Shown: in pieces, positions 36,604-48,347 of the stretch | Layout: every line of letters starts with the position of its first letter | How positions within the stretch are numbered: the stretch's first letter is position 1 | Source: Entomortierella parvispora E1425 | Taxonomy: Eukaryota > Fungi > Mortierellomycota | DNA length: 64,000 nucleotides | Direction: 5' to 3' | Assembly (NCBI GenBank): GCA_020891255.1 | Contig: BQFW01000006.1 | Coordinates: 2,108,001 to 2,172,000 of the forward strand | The notes under the pieces: model-generated | What the model saw: the letters and a program-made list of their open reading frames with translations, nothing else | Told to the model about the DNA's origin: nothing | Databases searched by the model: none | Program-made: the position numbers and the translations under genes

Positions 36604-38299
36604 TGGCTGAGGGGAATGCGACGGATGGGTATAATGCGGATTAAAGGAGGGAGGAGGGGAATGAGATGGGAGGAGAGAGTGTCGAGATGAGAGAGAAGGA
36701 GAAGTGAAGAGCGAAGGAGGAAGAAAAAGAAGGAAAGAAGACAGAAGGTGCGAGAGCCGCTTTTTCACTAGGGGAGAGAGAACAGAAACACCGAACCATG
36801 AGCGCCCTGTGCTTGACACGTCAATCGGCTGCCTTTCTTTCTTTCTTTCTTTCTTTGCTTCTTGTTGTCGTCGTCTGCGTCTCTTCTGACCTTCCTCCTT
36901 CTCCCTCTCTCCATCCCTGTGTTCAACAATCATGCAAAACGAGATCGATGATGTATCGCCACCCTTCATCACCTCGTCTTCGTCATCGTCGCTGGTCTGT
37001 GGAATCAACTCTATCTGTCTTGACTCCAACAAAGCGGAGTCTTCATTTTCTGAACCTTTCTCGCCCCTGCCAGACACATCGGCGCCAGACTGGCAACAGA
37101 GACAATTCTTTTTTGGCTGGTCTCCAGCTCCTGCTCTCATCGGCATGTTTATATGTATCTGCAACTCGCATTGCTCTCATGCACTTCGATAATTCCCCTC
37201 TATTGTTGGTCATTCTCACTCTGTCCTTTGCCGCCACTACTCAATGTGCCGCTGGGACCCAGCAGGGGACTACGGAGCGAAATTCCTCATGACAGTGGTT
37301 CTTTGAACCATGTGCATGGCGACTAACTTGTTGGGTACCCACTCTATTTTTTTTTCCAGCACTCAATTGCTCATTTCTTTCACCCAATATATGTTGCTGG
37401 AGAAGGATCGATACTCTTGGACTACACAGTCCAGAGAAGCCTGAACAGAGAATCACCCACACCATCTGCACACGACGACAAATGGGGCTCTTTTCAGAGA
37501 GTCCTCTTCTTCTTCCTTTTTTCCTCGCCCTGTCTTGTGTTGTGGTTCACCAACTGTGGATGGCGCTTTGTAGGCAGCAGACTCCCTCCAGACTCAACAA
37601 CTTCTCCTCCATCCGCCCAAACTCAACAGATGGGCTGAACAAGCTTTACTTCATGACATCGTTGCACAGAGGTCCCCCTCCCTGCCTTCTCCTTCCCAAT
37701 GTCTTGTTGTCATTTGCTTTTTTCACTGTTGTGGTTACATGCCCACTGTCGTTCAGTTGGCTTTGTGGCCGACTTTTTTTTTATTTTTAAGAGACTACAA
37801 ACGGCGTCCGGACGTTTGCGTTCATGTATGCTCACTTTTTTTGTTTCTTGTGTTCCATGTATCCGTTGAGGTTTGCGATAGTTTATCCTTCGCCCCCCCT
37901 CCTCACACAGCCTACACACAAACACAGATCCCCTGCTGCTCTTTTCTTTCGTTTTATTTGTTTTTCGACAGTGTCTCTTTCTCTTGCATGAAGAAGACAA
38001 ACGAGGGCGTAAAAAAAAAAAAAAAAAAAAAAAAGGACTGGTCATTCTTCAGGTCATTTTTCAACAGAGCGAGTCAAAGCGCGTCGTGTTTTTCAGGCAC
38101 CGGCTTCCGACCGCGACATTTGGTTTATCCATTCAAAAGCGTCAAGTCGGGATGGACTTGATCACTCAACATCGAGCCTTCCTCCTTTGCTTGAAAACGC
38201 AAAGCTCTGAAAACACGATCTTTTTGGAAGCCCACTGAACTTGGGACGATGCGACTCACACGCTGACCGATGCAGATGACCAAAAGTTTTTGTGTCCAG

Positions 38300-39000
38300 G
38301 CGCAGATCAGCGTTTCCAACGACTCAAAGGCCATTTCCGTTGGCCGGAGGTAAGGATCTTAGTGGCAACCCTAGCTCTCGAAAGAGCGAATCGTAGACAA
38401 GATCGACCGTGGTGCTATTCTGGATTCGACAATACAGACGGTCAATGCGAGAGGCACAAAAAATTGGTGGCGGATGTGGAATTGGTGGCAAAATAATCCT
38501 CAGGAAAAGTCACACCTGAGGGACATGGTGTGTCAGACGAATGGAATGAAAGAGTTTGAGGATAGCGATAACTTTGCCGACGACACGGTATGGGTGCCAA
38601 CAAAGAGGGAGTAGACATTGCCCTTGTGAGTCATTAAAAGAGCGGTTACGCACATGGAAGCATGATGATGGCCTGGCACCAATGGCACAAGTCAAGGAAG
38701 AGAGGAAGAAAAGGACGCGTTGCTGCTAGCCATTGGGAATGGTGGAAGACCGCTATGGCTGGGATCACTGATGAGAAAGCCAGGGGCCAGAACAGAGGGG
38801 TGGTCCTTTCCCAGCGGACCAAAAAAGGAGACCCACCGCTCTCGACCTGCAAGCTACTCTTGCAGTCTGTATGGCCGCTTGTCCTATATAACTATGAACG
38901 CGTCCCAGCTCCAACAAATTCAACACTCCTTCCCAATACCATTCGTACAACGGCTTGGTAGCAGCCATATCCTTCATGTATAGGCTCTCCACATTCCACA
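38300..39000 (+). pseudogene. Possible decayed coding remnant (pseudogene or transposon relic)
   Basis: Several protein-like stretches in shifting frames, broken by stops (SKERIVDKIDRGAILDSTIQ..., ESLKERLRTWKHDDG..., HWEWWKTAMAGITDEK...). No family recognised. Confidence 0.2.
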
Positions 39001-39420
39001 TTTACTGTGTGGTACTGAGAGTGAAGAATGTATGATGAATTCAATTGAGATATTTTCATTCTTCACGAAATGTCTGGATCTGTTGTGGGAATCGTTAATG
39101 ATAAAGTCCAGATTCAGGCATTCGATCGAAGTTCTTTCAGGGAAATCCTGTAGTTAATTCTGTGCCAGGATCATCTTGACCTACGTTAGTCGTCTATCCA
39201 GTTTACAAGAAAGGAGACCAATCAATTGCCTTTTCCATCTTGACCTACGTTTGTCGGGACAGGAATGAAGTCGAGGCCAGATGACAAATCTTTTGAAAAG
39301 AGGCGAATAGGATCATCAGCAATGGGTTTTTGAAGTGCTGTAAAGCACAATCACGATTCTTTGTATTTTCTATGTTCTATCTTGTTGATACTACTGCAGG
39401 CTCTAGATCGAGATATATGG

Positions 39421-40308
39421 TCAGTGAAAGGCGCCGATAACTTCAGCCGTGCTCCTCACTTCAGCAAAGTCCCTCAGACTCTCGACATGGACATTGTGAA
39501 CCGTCTGTGCGTCAACCCCACCCTTGCCAAACGCCCTAGTGGCATCCCCGATGAGAATGATGCGTGCCATCTCAACCGCAAACCCGTCCTCTCCTCGCTC
39601 ATCCTCTGGAGCATCCTCTTGCGCCTCGACAAACACGCTTGCTCCATCCGTCCACCGTGCCGAGGCTGCAGCATCGGCCATGTTGCCGCGTCCGCCCCAT
39701 TTTCCGGTCAAGGCGAGATTCTGAGCTGTCCGAACGGCTGTGCTAACGGCAAGGTCCGTTGCCATGCCAGCAATTAGCAGAGTCTTGATGCCACGCTTCT
39801 TGAGGAGCGATTCAAGCGGAGTATTAATGAAGACGCTGTGGCCATGCGAGGTCATAATGACTTCGTCCGAGAGTGGCACCGGAGCAGCGTCCTTCTTGGG
39901 CTCCGCTGGCGCAGGGGTCGGTGTCTCATCAAGGCTGTAAATGAACTTTGGTCCTTCCGGACGCATTACTCTTGGCGCGGCGAATTCGAGAAAGTCAATG
40001 GCGCGCACCTGTTCTCCATTCGCCCCAAATGGACCAAGTTTGCTGACGTGCAGAGGGTGGTCAGTCCAGACAGGACGGTACTGAATGTGAATCATCACTG
40101 GTCTCTGGCCCTCTGGTTTTCCCACGCAGGCGTCGCGAAAAGCAGCAATGAGCGCGGTGATGTTTTTCTCAAAGTCTGGGTTTGAAACGCCAGTTCCCCA
40201 GGCAGCCACGTCGCGAAAACCGAGCTGATTGTCGATCAGGAGTAGTGCCGTGGTGCTCATGGACGGGACAGGCGCCATGATGTCGCCGTTGAGAGAATGG
40301 CGCGACAT
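39421..40308 (-). CDS. Isochorismatase/cysteine-hydrolase-fold protein, intronless, with catalytic Lys and Cys substituted
   Basis: TALLLIDNQLGF (Asp kept); VIMTSHGHSVFINTPLE (K to S); GIKTLLIAGMATDLAVSTAVRTA (C to A); IILIGDATRAF. Confidence 0.88.
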   Translation of the reverse strand: MSRHSLNGDIMAPVPSMSTTALLLIDNQLGFRDVAAWGTGVSNPDFEKNITALIAAFRDACVGKPEGQRPVMIHIQYRPVWTDHPLHVSKLGPFGANGEQVRAIDFLEFAAPRVMRPEGPKFIYSLDETPTPAPAEPKKDAAPVPLSDEVIMTSHGHSVFINTPLESLLKKRGIKTLLIAGMATDLAVSTAVRTAQNLALTGKWGGRGNMADAAASARWTDGASVFVEAQEDAPEDERGEDGFAVEMARIILIGDATRAFGKGGVDAQTVHNVHVESLRDFAEVRSTAEVIGAFH

Positions 40309-40833
40309 GGTTCAATGGATGGAAGTGGATGTGGAAACAAATCAGCGACGTGATTTTTTCAAGGGACAAAAAAGTCGACACGTTGCCCGAGATTTTTTAG
40401 GCTTTTCTTTTTGCCGTTGCTTTTTCTATGCGTGTCCAATGGACGTTGTTTTTTCGACAGACAACGTCCATTGCGGCCCACTTTGTTCCTTGAACCACCA
40501 CGCTGCGCAGATAAGGCAAAAGGCAAATATGGCTGTAGTTTGCAGCACATACTACAATTGAGCTATGGCGCAAGCGGTCAGTTCATGAGAGAGGAAGATA
40601 TTCCCTACTGCCCCACCATTCTTGCATGAATGAACATCCTTCTCCTCAAAGGAATATCGGCCCGATGTTCTAGCGTTGTCCAATGGATGTTTTCCGCAGT
40701 GACGAGGATTCACTGCGCAAGTCGCCTTTCTTTGTCGAAGCGTCCTGCAAATAAATATCGCCTTTGTTTTCACAACTTTTTTTCTTTCCAACATCATATC
40801 TTTCCTTGACTCTTTCAAGCAAACACCCTCAAA

Positions 40834-41778
40834 ATGACCCAAACCGTATTCATCACAGGCGCAACAGGATTCATTGGACGCGTCGTGTCCGCGAAAGCCG
40901 TGCAGCAAGGCTACAATGTCCGTGGACTTTCGCGACGGGAGGAGGGCGATCAGCTCCTCCAATCTCTGGGCGTGACACCTGTCCGTGGCGAGCTCACCAA
41001 TGCAGAGGTTCTCTCGAGAGAAGCCAAAAACGCCGACATTGTCTTGCACCTGGCTTTTGACCACGACTTTTCCAAGCCATTCCAAGACCTTGTCAACACT
41101 GATATTGCCGCTGTCAACGCCCTGGCCACTCCCTTGGTGGGCACCAACAAACGACTCGTCATTACCAGCGGCACGGGCTTTGCCCAACCAGATCCTCAAG
41201 GTGGCGAAACCTTTGAAGATTCGCCTTCGGCGAATGGTCCTCTTGTCGTCCGTCTCCAGTCAGAGGTGAACGCTCTCTCCTATGCTCAAAAAGGTGTCCA
41301 CGTCAATGTGATTCGACTGCCTCAGTATGTATACGGACGATCAAACAAGACTGGATTTGCAGCACAGCTCATCAAGCGGGCCATTGATGATGGTCAGTCG
41401 TTCTACCTCAATGATGGTGCGCACTGCTTTTCCGAGGTCTATGTGGATGATGCTGCCGACCTGTATCTGTTGGTAGCTCAGAAGGCTGCATCTGGCGAGA
41501 TTTTTAACGGAACCGGAAAGACGACCACCAGCTATCGTCAACTTGCTACAGCCATCGGTGAACTGGTCCACGTTCCTACCAAGTCGGTCTCCCCTGAGGA
41601 AGCGTTGGCTCAATATGGACCATTCTTTACAGCATTTGTTAGTGTTGCGAACCGAGCTTCCAATCGTAAGGCGGTGGAGAAGTTAGGATGGCGCCCTGTA
41701 GGTCCTCACCTGTTGACCGAGATTAAGACTGGAAGCTATGTCGGAGTCGCCGAAGAGTTTAAGAACAAGGCGAAATAG
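40834..41778 (+). CDS. NAD(P)-dependent epimerase/dehydratase-family atypical SDR, intronless
   Basis: VFITGATGFIGRVV Rossmann motif; ADIVLHLAF; LVITSGT; VIRLPQYVYG; VYVDDAADLY; ASNRKAVEKLGWRP. Confidence 0.92.
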   Translation: MTQTVFITGATGFIGRVVSAKAVQQGYNVRGLSRREEGDQLLQSLGVTPVRGELTNAEVLSREAKNADIVLHLAFDHDFSKPFQDLVNTDIAAVNALATPLVGTNKRLVITSGTGFAQPDPQGGETFEDSPSANGPLVVRLQSEVNALSYAQKGVHVNVIRLPQYVYGRSNKTGFAAQLIKRAIDDGQSFYLNDGAHCFSEVYVDDAADLYLLVAQKAASGEIFNGTGKTTTSYRQLATAIGELVHVPTKSVSPEEALAQYGPFFTAFVSVANRASNRKAVEKLGWRPVGPHLLTEIKTGSYVGVAEEFKNKAK

Positions 41779-41927
41779 ATGAGGAACGAAGTAGCTAATC
41801 AGAAACCATTGAAATACATCTTCCTTCCTGCACCCTCATCCCAAATACAAAGTTGATAAAACTCAGAGATGAAGACAACACCACTGGAGGTGCCTGTCAA
41901 AACATTGAAGAAAATCAAATATAGAGC

Positions 41928-43370
41928 GCAACGGCCATGCAGTACATTTCAGCAATCGGCACTGTGGGCTCGTTGCAATGAGCTGGCACGCGTTGTCAAA
42001 TTAAGGAGCGCTGTGCGCATGCACCCTGCTTGGAAAAGGCCGCAAAAAGCCATTTCGTTTTTTTTTTCCTTTCTTCCTTTCCTTCTTTCTTCACCATCCC
42101 TCCTTCCACTTCCCAACTACCTACCACTCACTTCACTTCTACTTTAGTTCTCTGCTGCACATATTGTCTGTTCCGTCCTCGAGATCCTTGTCTCTGTCCT
42201 TATCCTGTTCTCGCGATCCTCGATTCGTTCAGCAGCAAGTCTCCAGGACTCGGCAAGAATGCCTTCAGGGAAGCACCAAAAGGTAACTTCACGCTCCCCT
42301 CTCTACTCCACACCGGACAACACACTTCTCGGTCACAACCTCAGGTCAGTAGCTCGTCCCTTGAGCGTGGCGAGGAGTGGGTGCTGGACCCTAGTTGAAA
42401 GTCAAAGAACGGCTCAGGGGTGATGCCCAAACCCAGTAACCTTCAACTTTGGGACCAGTTTGGATCCCTTGGGGTGATGCCCAAGTCTTTGTCTGGTTGA
42501 GAGACGCAAGGTCCGAGCGGATATGTGAGTGTCTACTTTGGTCTGAAGTTCACCGGTGTGAGTTGAAGGAGTTGCTGTCCTTTTTTTTTTCTTGTGCTTT
42601 TTTGAGGACGAGCTCTCTTCTCTCCAATACAAAGGAAAGGTGAAGGTATGTTTGGCTGATCGTGGAGTTTTTGAGGACTCCCTTTTCACCTGAGGGAGTT
42701 CTAATGACTTCATTAGTGCGATCATAGGTATGTCTTGAGGGAAGAGTTCTTTTGAGCTGACCCATGCACTATTGACATGAAGGCGCTACGTCCGCCGGAT
42801 CTCTACTTGACTTTGGGGAAGGGCGGGTTTTAGGTGGCAAACGTCGTCGGCGAGATCAGTTCTCTGAGTAAGATACCGTTAAATTCCTAAAGGGGCCTCG
42901 TACGTCCATGAAGGAGATGAATCGTCTGAACAAGACACGTCCTTTGTGTTCCTCACGATGATGGGTTGTCACCAAATATTATTGGGGTGCGGATGGTCTG
43001 CCGCCTGCTCGTTGGCGCATCCTGCACAACCTCGGTTCTTTGATCAAAGAACTGGGGTTGACTGAGAGCAGACCAATAGATAGAAATGACCATCGAAATA
43101 AACATGCAGACAGTTGAACAATGAACTTTGTGTGACCCCAAGAAGGACCCTGCTGGCAATGAGCAACAACACCGGCAACATGAGGGTCATGTTCATGTGG
43201 GTTCAGCGCCATTTCCCGCGCAATGTGAATGCTGTATGTAGAAACGAGGACAATGGTGAGGTGCATTGCATTGCTCTTTCAGAATGAACCTCCCTCGAGG
43301 AATCGCGTCTCCAGGAACAATCCGAAACAGACCGCGACGGACTTTGCCCAAAGTTGCAAGCGCGCTCAGA
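41928..43370 (+). repeat. Dispersed ~1.4-kb repeat, copy 2 (inverted relative to copy 1)
   Basis: Collinear reverse complement of 8671-10089. It keeps an ATG (MPSGKHQK) where copy 1 has AAG and carries 18 extra bp at about 42855-42872. Confidence 0.92.
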
Positions 43371-43608
43371 CCACCCACTCTCAGCCCACACGTCGAAATC
43401 TGGTATTTATTAAGGGCAAGGGGGATCAGCCACAACCTCGGCCGCCCCAGAGCTCTGGGTTTGGGACGAAAGATATGGAAAGAAATAATGATCGAAGAAA
43501 GCGAAGGGCAGGTATCCTGGGGAGAGCTTGGCTGGCATGCACAAATCATCGAAGGTACTTTCGTTCACAGAAATCCCAAGGTCCCTCACTCGTCCCTGAT
43601 AACACATG

Positions 43609-45479
43609 TCAATTCATTGGTACACTTTTGGGTATCCCATGGAACTTCTCCAGATCGGGGTCATTCCGGACCCAGTTCTTGAACACCGTCTGAAGCAATT
43701 GGTCTCGTGCCTTTCTATACTCCTTGTCCAGTCGTTTCCAGTCTCCATAAGTAAAATTGTCCAGTGTGGTGTTGTCTCCCCCTGTTCTGTCGTTTTGGTT
43801 TACAAGATGCTGAATCTGAGGAAGGACCAGATCTGGAATTTTACTCTTTAAACTAGCCCACAGGAGGAGGGTACTGTCCAGCATGTTGAGTTTGCAGAGT
43901 CGACTTCTGGATGCTGGTTTGATTTCTTTCTTTGCATTGGCGCCAGCTTTGCATCCATTGATGAGAACCTCTGTTGAGGAGGTCTCAGCAGCGATCCATG
44001 ATATACCTATAAGATGAAAATAATGAGCTCAGCGACAATCTCAGAGATATGAAAAACATCGACTTTTCACTCTGGCGCTGCTGTCATGAAAGAAGGGTTG
44101 CTTACTGGATGCGCTTGCAACTGGGGGTAATAAACACCCCTCCCGCTCAACTACTTTCGTCACGGCTTCCTTGCTAAACTCAAATGGCTGATGGCATTCC
44201 GTGATGTCCATTGTGTGGGGGGAAAGCCGCTTTGAGCAGCCATCGCCTTCAGCCGCCAAGCAATCGCAGGCTCTGACTCTCTCCACGAGTGCCCTGGACA
44301 GAGCTTGAGCATCAAAGAGCTCTTTGGTGATAATCGATGTCAAGTAAAGAGGTTTCTTTAGAAACGGAGCCACAAGTGCAGACGTCAATCCCAACACATT
44401 CCATCGCGCAATCTTGTCACTGCAGGACATGCAAAGAGTCGGCTCAGAGTCAACCCTTCCAGGTTTTGTCCGCAGGACGCCAACAGAGTCGTAGTCAATG
44501 CGCCCCCTTCTGAAATCTAATGCGTGTATGCAGCTAGGTTTTGTCGAATCGAGCTCGATCTGGGGGGTCTCTGGTGTAGAGACGCGACGGTGTTTCTGTG
44601 GTTGATTAAGCGTGAATCCTTCGTTCTCTTCCCTGGTGCGCTTTGATCCTGTGCTGGCATAGCTACTGCTTATTTCCTGTGTCTTTTGGCCCTTCATAAA
44701 CGAGTTTCGTGATTCCTCTGACTGAACTTGGGCTAAGCTGGCTGTCGTGGCGTCGCCGCCTGGCAGTAAAAAATGAGATGAAAGAAGTTAGAATACCCTC
44801 GGGATTTAACTATTCCTTCTAGTGGAGAGAGCTTACAAGGCGCTTGGCTGACATAAAGGTGAAATCTACTCTTCGGGTTGACCAAGTCGAACAAAGGCCG
44901 TTTATTGCCGTTCAATGACAGAGGTGCCGAGTCCCCAATGAATTTGAATTTGTTGTTTTCCCTTCCAGAATCCTGTAGACTAAAGCGCATCTGTTCTAAA
45001 CACCACCTAATTTGATTAAACGGAGAAGCACGCCTGTTAGAGTAGATCAGGAAAATCAGTCAAGTTTTTCAATCCTACTTGCTTGTTAAAACCTCGCCGG
45101 GCGAGGACTTCAGCATGACAGTCGTTTAGAAGGTCACCCTTCGGACTCTGTTTGCCCTGGGGTAAACATTTGCTACCTGTGCTAAAGAAGATTGATACCT
45201 CAGTTCAGTTGTCCTGGCCCCCAAGTACACAGAACGTGTAGACATTTCATGCCATTATTCGAGAGCCACCTACGCTAGAGATATACACTCAACGTCCCAA
45301 GATTCCTCGTTCTCGTCTAAAGGAGTTGCGAGAACAATTGCGGCGAGAATGGTCCATTCCGCTTGGCCATTGCTCTTCTTTGTCGGTTTGCCATGCTTTG
45401 GGAGTTTTGCGAACTGCGCGTGGCATTCACTGACGATCCCCTGGGCGAGGTCTTGTGTCTGGTATACAGAGGCAGGCAT
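43609..45479 (-). CDS. TAD1: tRNA-specific adenosine deaminase 1 (A37), multi-exon
   Basis: LPKHGKP...EWTILAAIV; TGSKC; NDCHAEVLARR; FHLYVSQAPC; LRTKPGR...MSCSDKIARWNVLGL; C-terminal TYGDWK...YRKAR. Confidence 0.92.
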
Positions 45480-45713
45480 GGACAATGACCCGCACGATAG
45501 GAATGAGAGTGGTGAGAATGCGAGCACCAATGCATGCTACAAAGAAGGAAAAATGAAAACGCCACCAATCTCTCTGGCACGTGACTTCAAGCCACTGGCT
45601 CGCCCTTGGGCTCGAGAGATCACAATGATGCCGCCCTGGCCATGGTTTGATCTCCTTCGTCAACCAACTGTGTCCCCATCCTTCCACAGGAACTAGTCGC
45701 AATTCGACCCATC

Positions 45714-48347
45714 ATGGCTGATTCGCAGACAACACCCTCAGCCTCCGCTCCAGGAACTCCCGGGAAGAGCCTCTGGAAGGAATATACTCATCAGGATGGG
45801 CGCAAGTACTACTACCACACCATGTCGAAGCAGACTGTTTGGCAAAAGCCCAACGAGTTGAAGACAGCCAAGGAGGTAACATGCTTGATCAAACTCTGGA
45901 TCGCCAATGAGAAAAAAAGAACGGGTGGTCTTCTCATGGGATATAGGGCCCCAGAACCTACTCACGTAACTCACGCTTTTGTTTTTGTTACGTTAGTTGG
46001 AATTGGAGGCGAGTCCTTGGAAGGAGTACAAGACCCCCGAGGGTAAAAAGTACTATCACAACGCCGCCACTTCGACCACTGTCTGGACAGCACCTGAAGA
46101 GTATCAGGCAATCTTGGATCAACTTGAGGAGGAGCAAAAAGCCCTTGCGGCAGCGACGGCAGCGGCGGCAGCGACAGTGGTAGCACAGCAGCCATCAGTT
46201 GTTTCCCCTACGACTCCTAGCACCCCTCTCAAGCCACCAACGCCTCTCTCCTCTTCCGCAGTTTCGACTCCTTCGCCATTGCGCCACCAGACCAACATCA
46301 ACGGCATGCAAACAACCACCTCACCTCTTCCTCCCCAACATATCGCCGGAGCTCAGCCACCTTTTCATGCGCCGATTCACAATGGACCTCTGGCAGGTCG
46401 ACCAGGCTTTGGCTACCCTCCCTCTAGTCAACAACAACAACCAGGAGGCGCCAGACCTTCTCGGTTCCAGCAGTCCTTTGTGCCCCCTGCTGCGGATCGT
46501 GGTGCACGTAATCAAAACAGTGTGGAGTTTGATACCAAAGAGGAAGCTGACCAGGCATTCAAAAATATGCTCAAGGAAACGGTATGGGGAACTTTGTTCT
46601 GCAGGGTTGTTTTTTTGACTTTGTTCTAGTATGAGATATATGATCTGACATATCTATTATCTATTTTATGCAAATCATCTAGGGAGTTACGTCTACTTGG
46701 ACGTGGGAACAGACAATGCGGGCTGTGGTGACCAATCCCATGTATAGGGCACTGAAAACGACTGCTGAGCGTAAGACAGCCTTCCAGGAATACGTGGAAG
46801 ATCGCCGAATTCAGGAGAAGCAAGAAGAACGAGCGAAGCAACAAAAGCTGAAGCAGGACTTCATTGCCTTGCTCGAGAGCAGCGACAAGGTGACGCATTC
46901 TAGTCGATACACTACTATTTCTAGACTCTTTGCCGAGGAGCCAGCTTTCAAGGCGATTACGGATGATCGGACCCGCTATTCGATTTTCGACCACCATGTA
47001 GGTGAATTGATCCGAAAGGATAAAGAGGAGACACGTCTGAAACGAAAGGCAGGCATGGCAGGGCTTTTGACGGTCTTCCAATCCATGCCTGAGATCACGC
47101 TCACGACGCGCTGGTCCCAAGCTAGAGATTTGATGCTACAGAACCCCGCGTTTTTGGAAACTGAGGCTGTTAAATCGTTGAACAAGATGGATCAGCTGAG
47201 CGTCTTTGAGGACCACGTCAAAAACTTGGAAGGCGAGTATGACCACAAGCGAAACCGGGAGCGCGTTTTGAGGAAACGTGCAGAGCGAAAGAGAAGGGAG
47301 GCATTCAAGGAACTGTTGACCGAGTTGCGATCAAAGGGCAATTTGAATGCCAAAACCCTGTGGATGCAGATTCACCCCTTGGTAAAGGATGATCCCAGAT
47401 ATTTGAATATGCTGGGTCAACCTGGATCGACTCCCATGGAATTGTTTTGGGATCTCATTGAGGATTTAGACGAGCGGTTGTACCAGGACCGGAAGCTGGT
47501 CCAGGATGTGATGAAGGTAGGTTTTTTATGCCACTATTGTTGTTAGGCACCGATGCTCCTTCGTGTACTTTTGATTGCTAACGTCTCGTCTGCTCGTTAG
47601 AATATCGACTATGAGGTTCGGCCCGAAACCTCGTTTGAGGAATTCTCGGGTGTGATCTCCAAGCAAGAAAAGGCAAGCCACGCAACGGCTGAGGATCTGC
47701 AGTTAATCTATGACCATCTTTTGCGCAAAGCTGTTCACCATGCCAAGGAGGAAAAGAGGCGACAGGAAAAACTGGCCCGTAAGAAGGCAGAGTCTTTCCG
47801 ATTCATGCTGAAGACCTTGGACCCTGCCGTGACGGTAGAGTCCAATTGGGAGGATGTAAGTGCTGCACCTAACTCTTTTTCGTGATGCTGGCTGCCAGTG
47901 TTTGATCTTTTAATGAAACTAATCTCTTCCTCTGGTTTTTAAAATGATAGGTGAAACTGGTAGCTGAAAAGACACCAGAGTTTGCGGCGATGGAGAGTGA
48001 CGAGTCTAGGAAAGAGGTCTTTGATGGCTACATTGACAGGCTAAAGGTGAGAAGGATGCTTTTTTCCTTGTGAAAACATGGATTTTTCAATACTATCAGA
48101 GATATTCACCTTTCCCTTCTTTCCTTTGCTCTGACACCATTAGGAACGAGTGACCAAAACATATGATAGCGACGACGAAGATGGCTCGATCCTGGAAGAC
48201 GATGCTGATTTCTATGGTAAGCGTCCCAGTTCGAACCCTAGTAGTGCCGTCGTGGATCGACACACAAAGACGGAACCGTCAGCACCTGAGACAGAGGGAG
48301 GCGCACATACCACTATCAACATCGCCAATGGCGGTTCTAGCTCATAG
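45714..48347 (+). CDS. PRP40: U1 snRNP protein Prp40 (two WW domains and FF repeats), multi-exon
   Basis: WKEYTHQDGRKYYYHTMSKQTVWQKP and WKEYKTPEGKKYYHNAATSTTVWTAP; FF repeats; DPRYLNMLGQPGSTPMELFWD. Confidence 0.95.

Noticed and set aside
39172-39251. Direct repeats here and the 7-mer array at 27193-27241 as CRISPR-like arrays
   Set aside because: Only two repeat units in one case and no spacers in the other; eukaryotic context and no cas genes.
41924-43367. GAGCGC/GCGCTC as terminal inverted repeats of the element
   Set aside because: Only 6 bp, not present at the corresponding end of copy 1, and no TSD; expected by chance.
42908-43693. A plus-strand frame in repeat copy 2 whose internal stops are all TGA, suggesting UGA=Trp recoding (mitochondrial or mitovirus origin)
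   Set aside because: Most of the TGAs arise from ATG-A/GTG-A in a neighbouring open frame. The GC content is not mitochondrial-like, splice signals are present, and no RdRp motif is seen.
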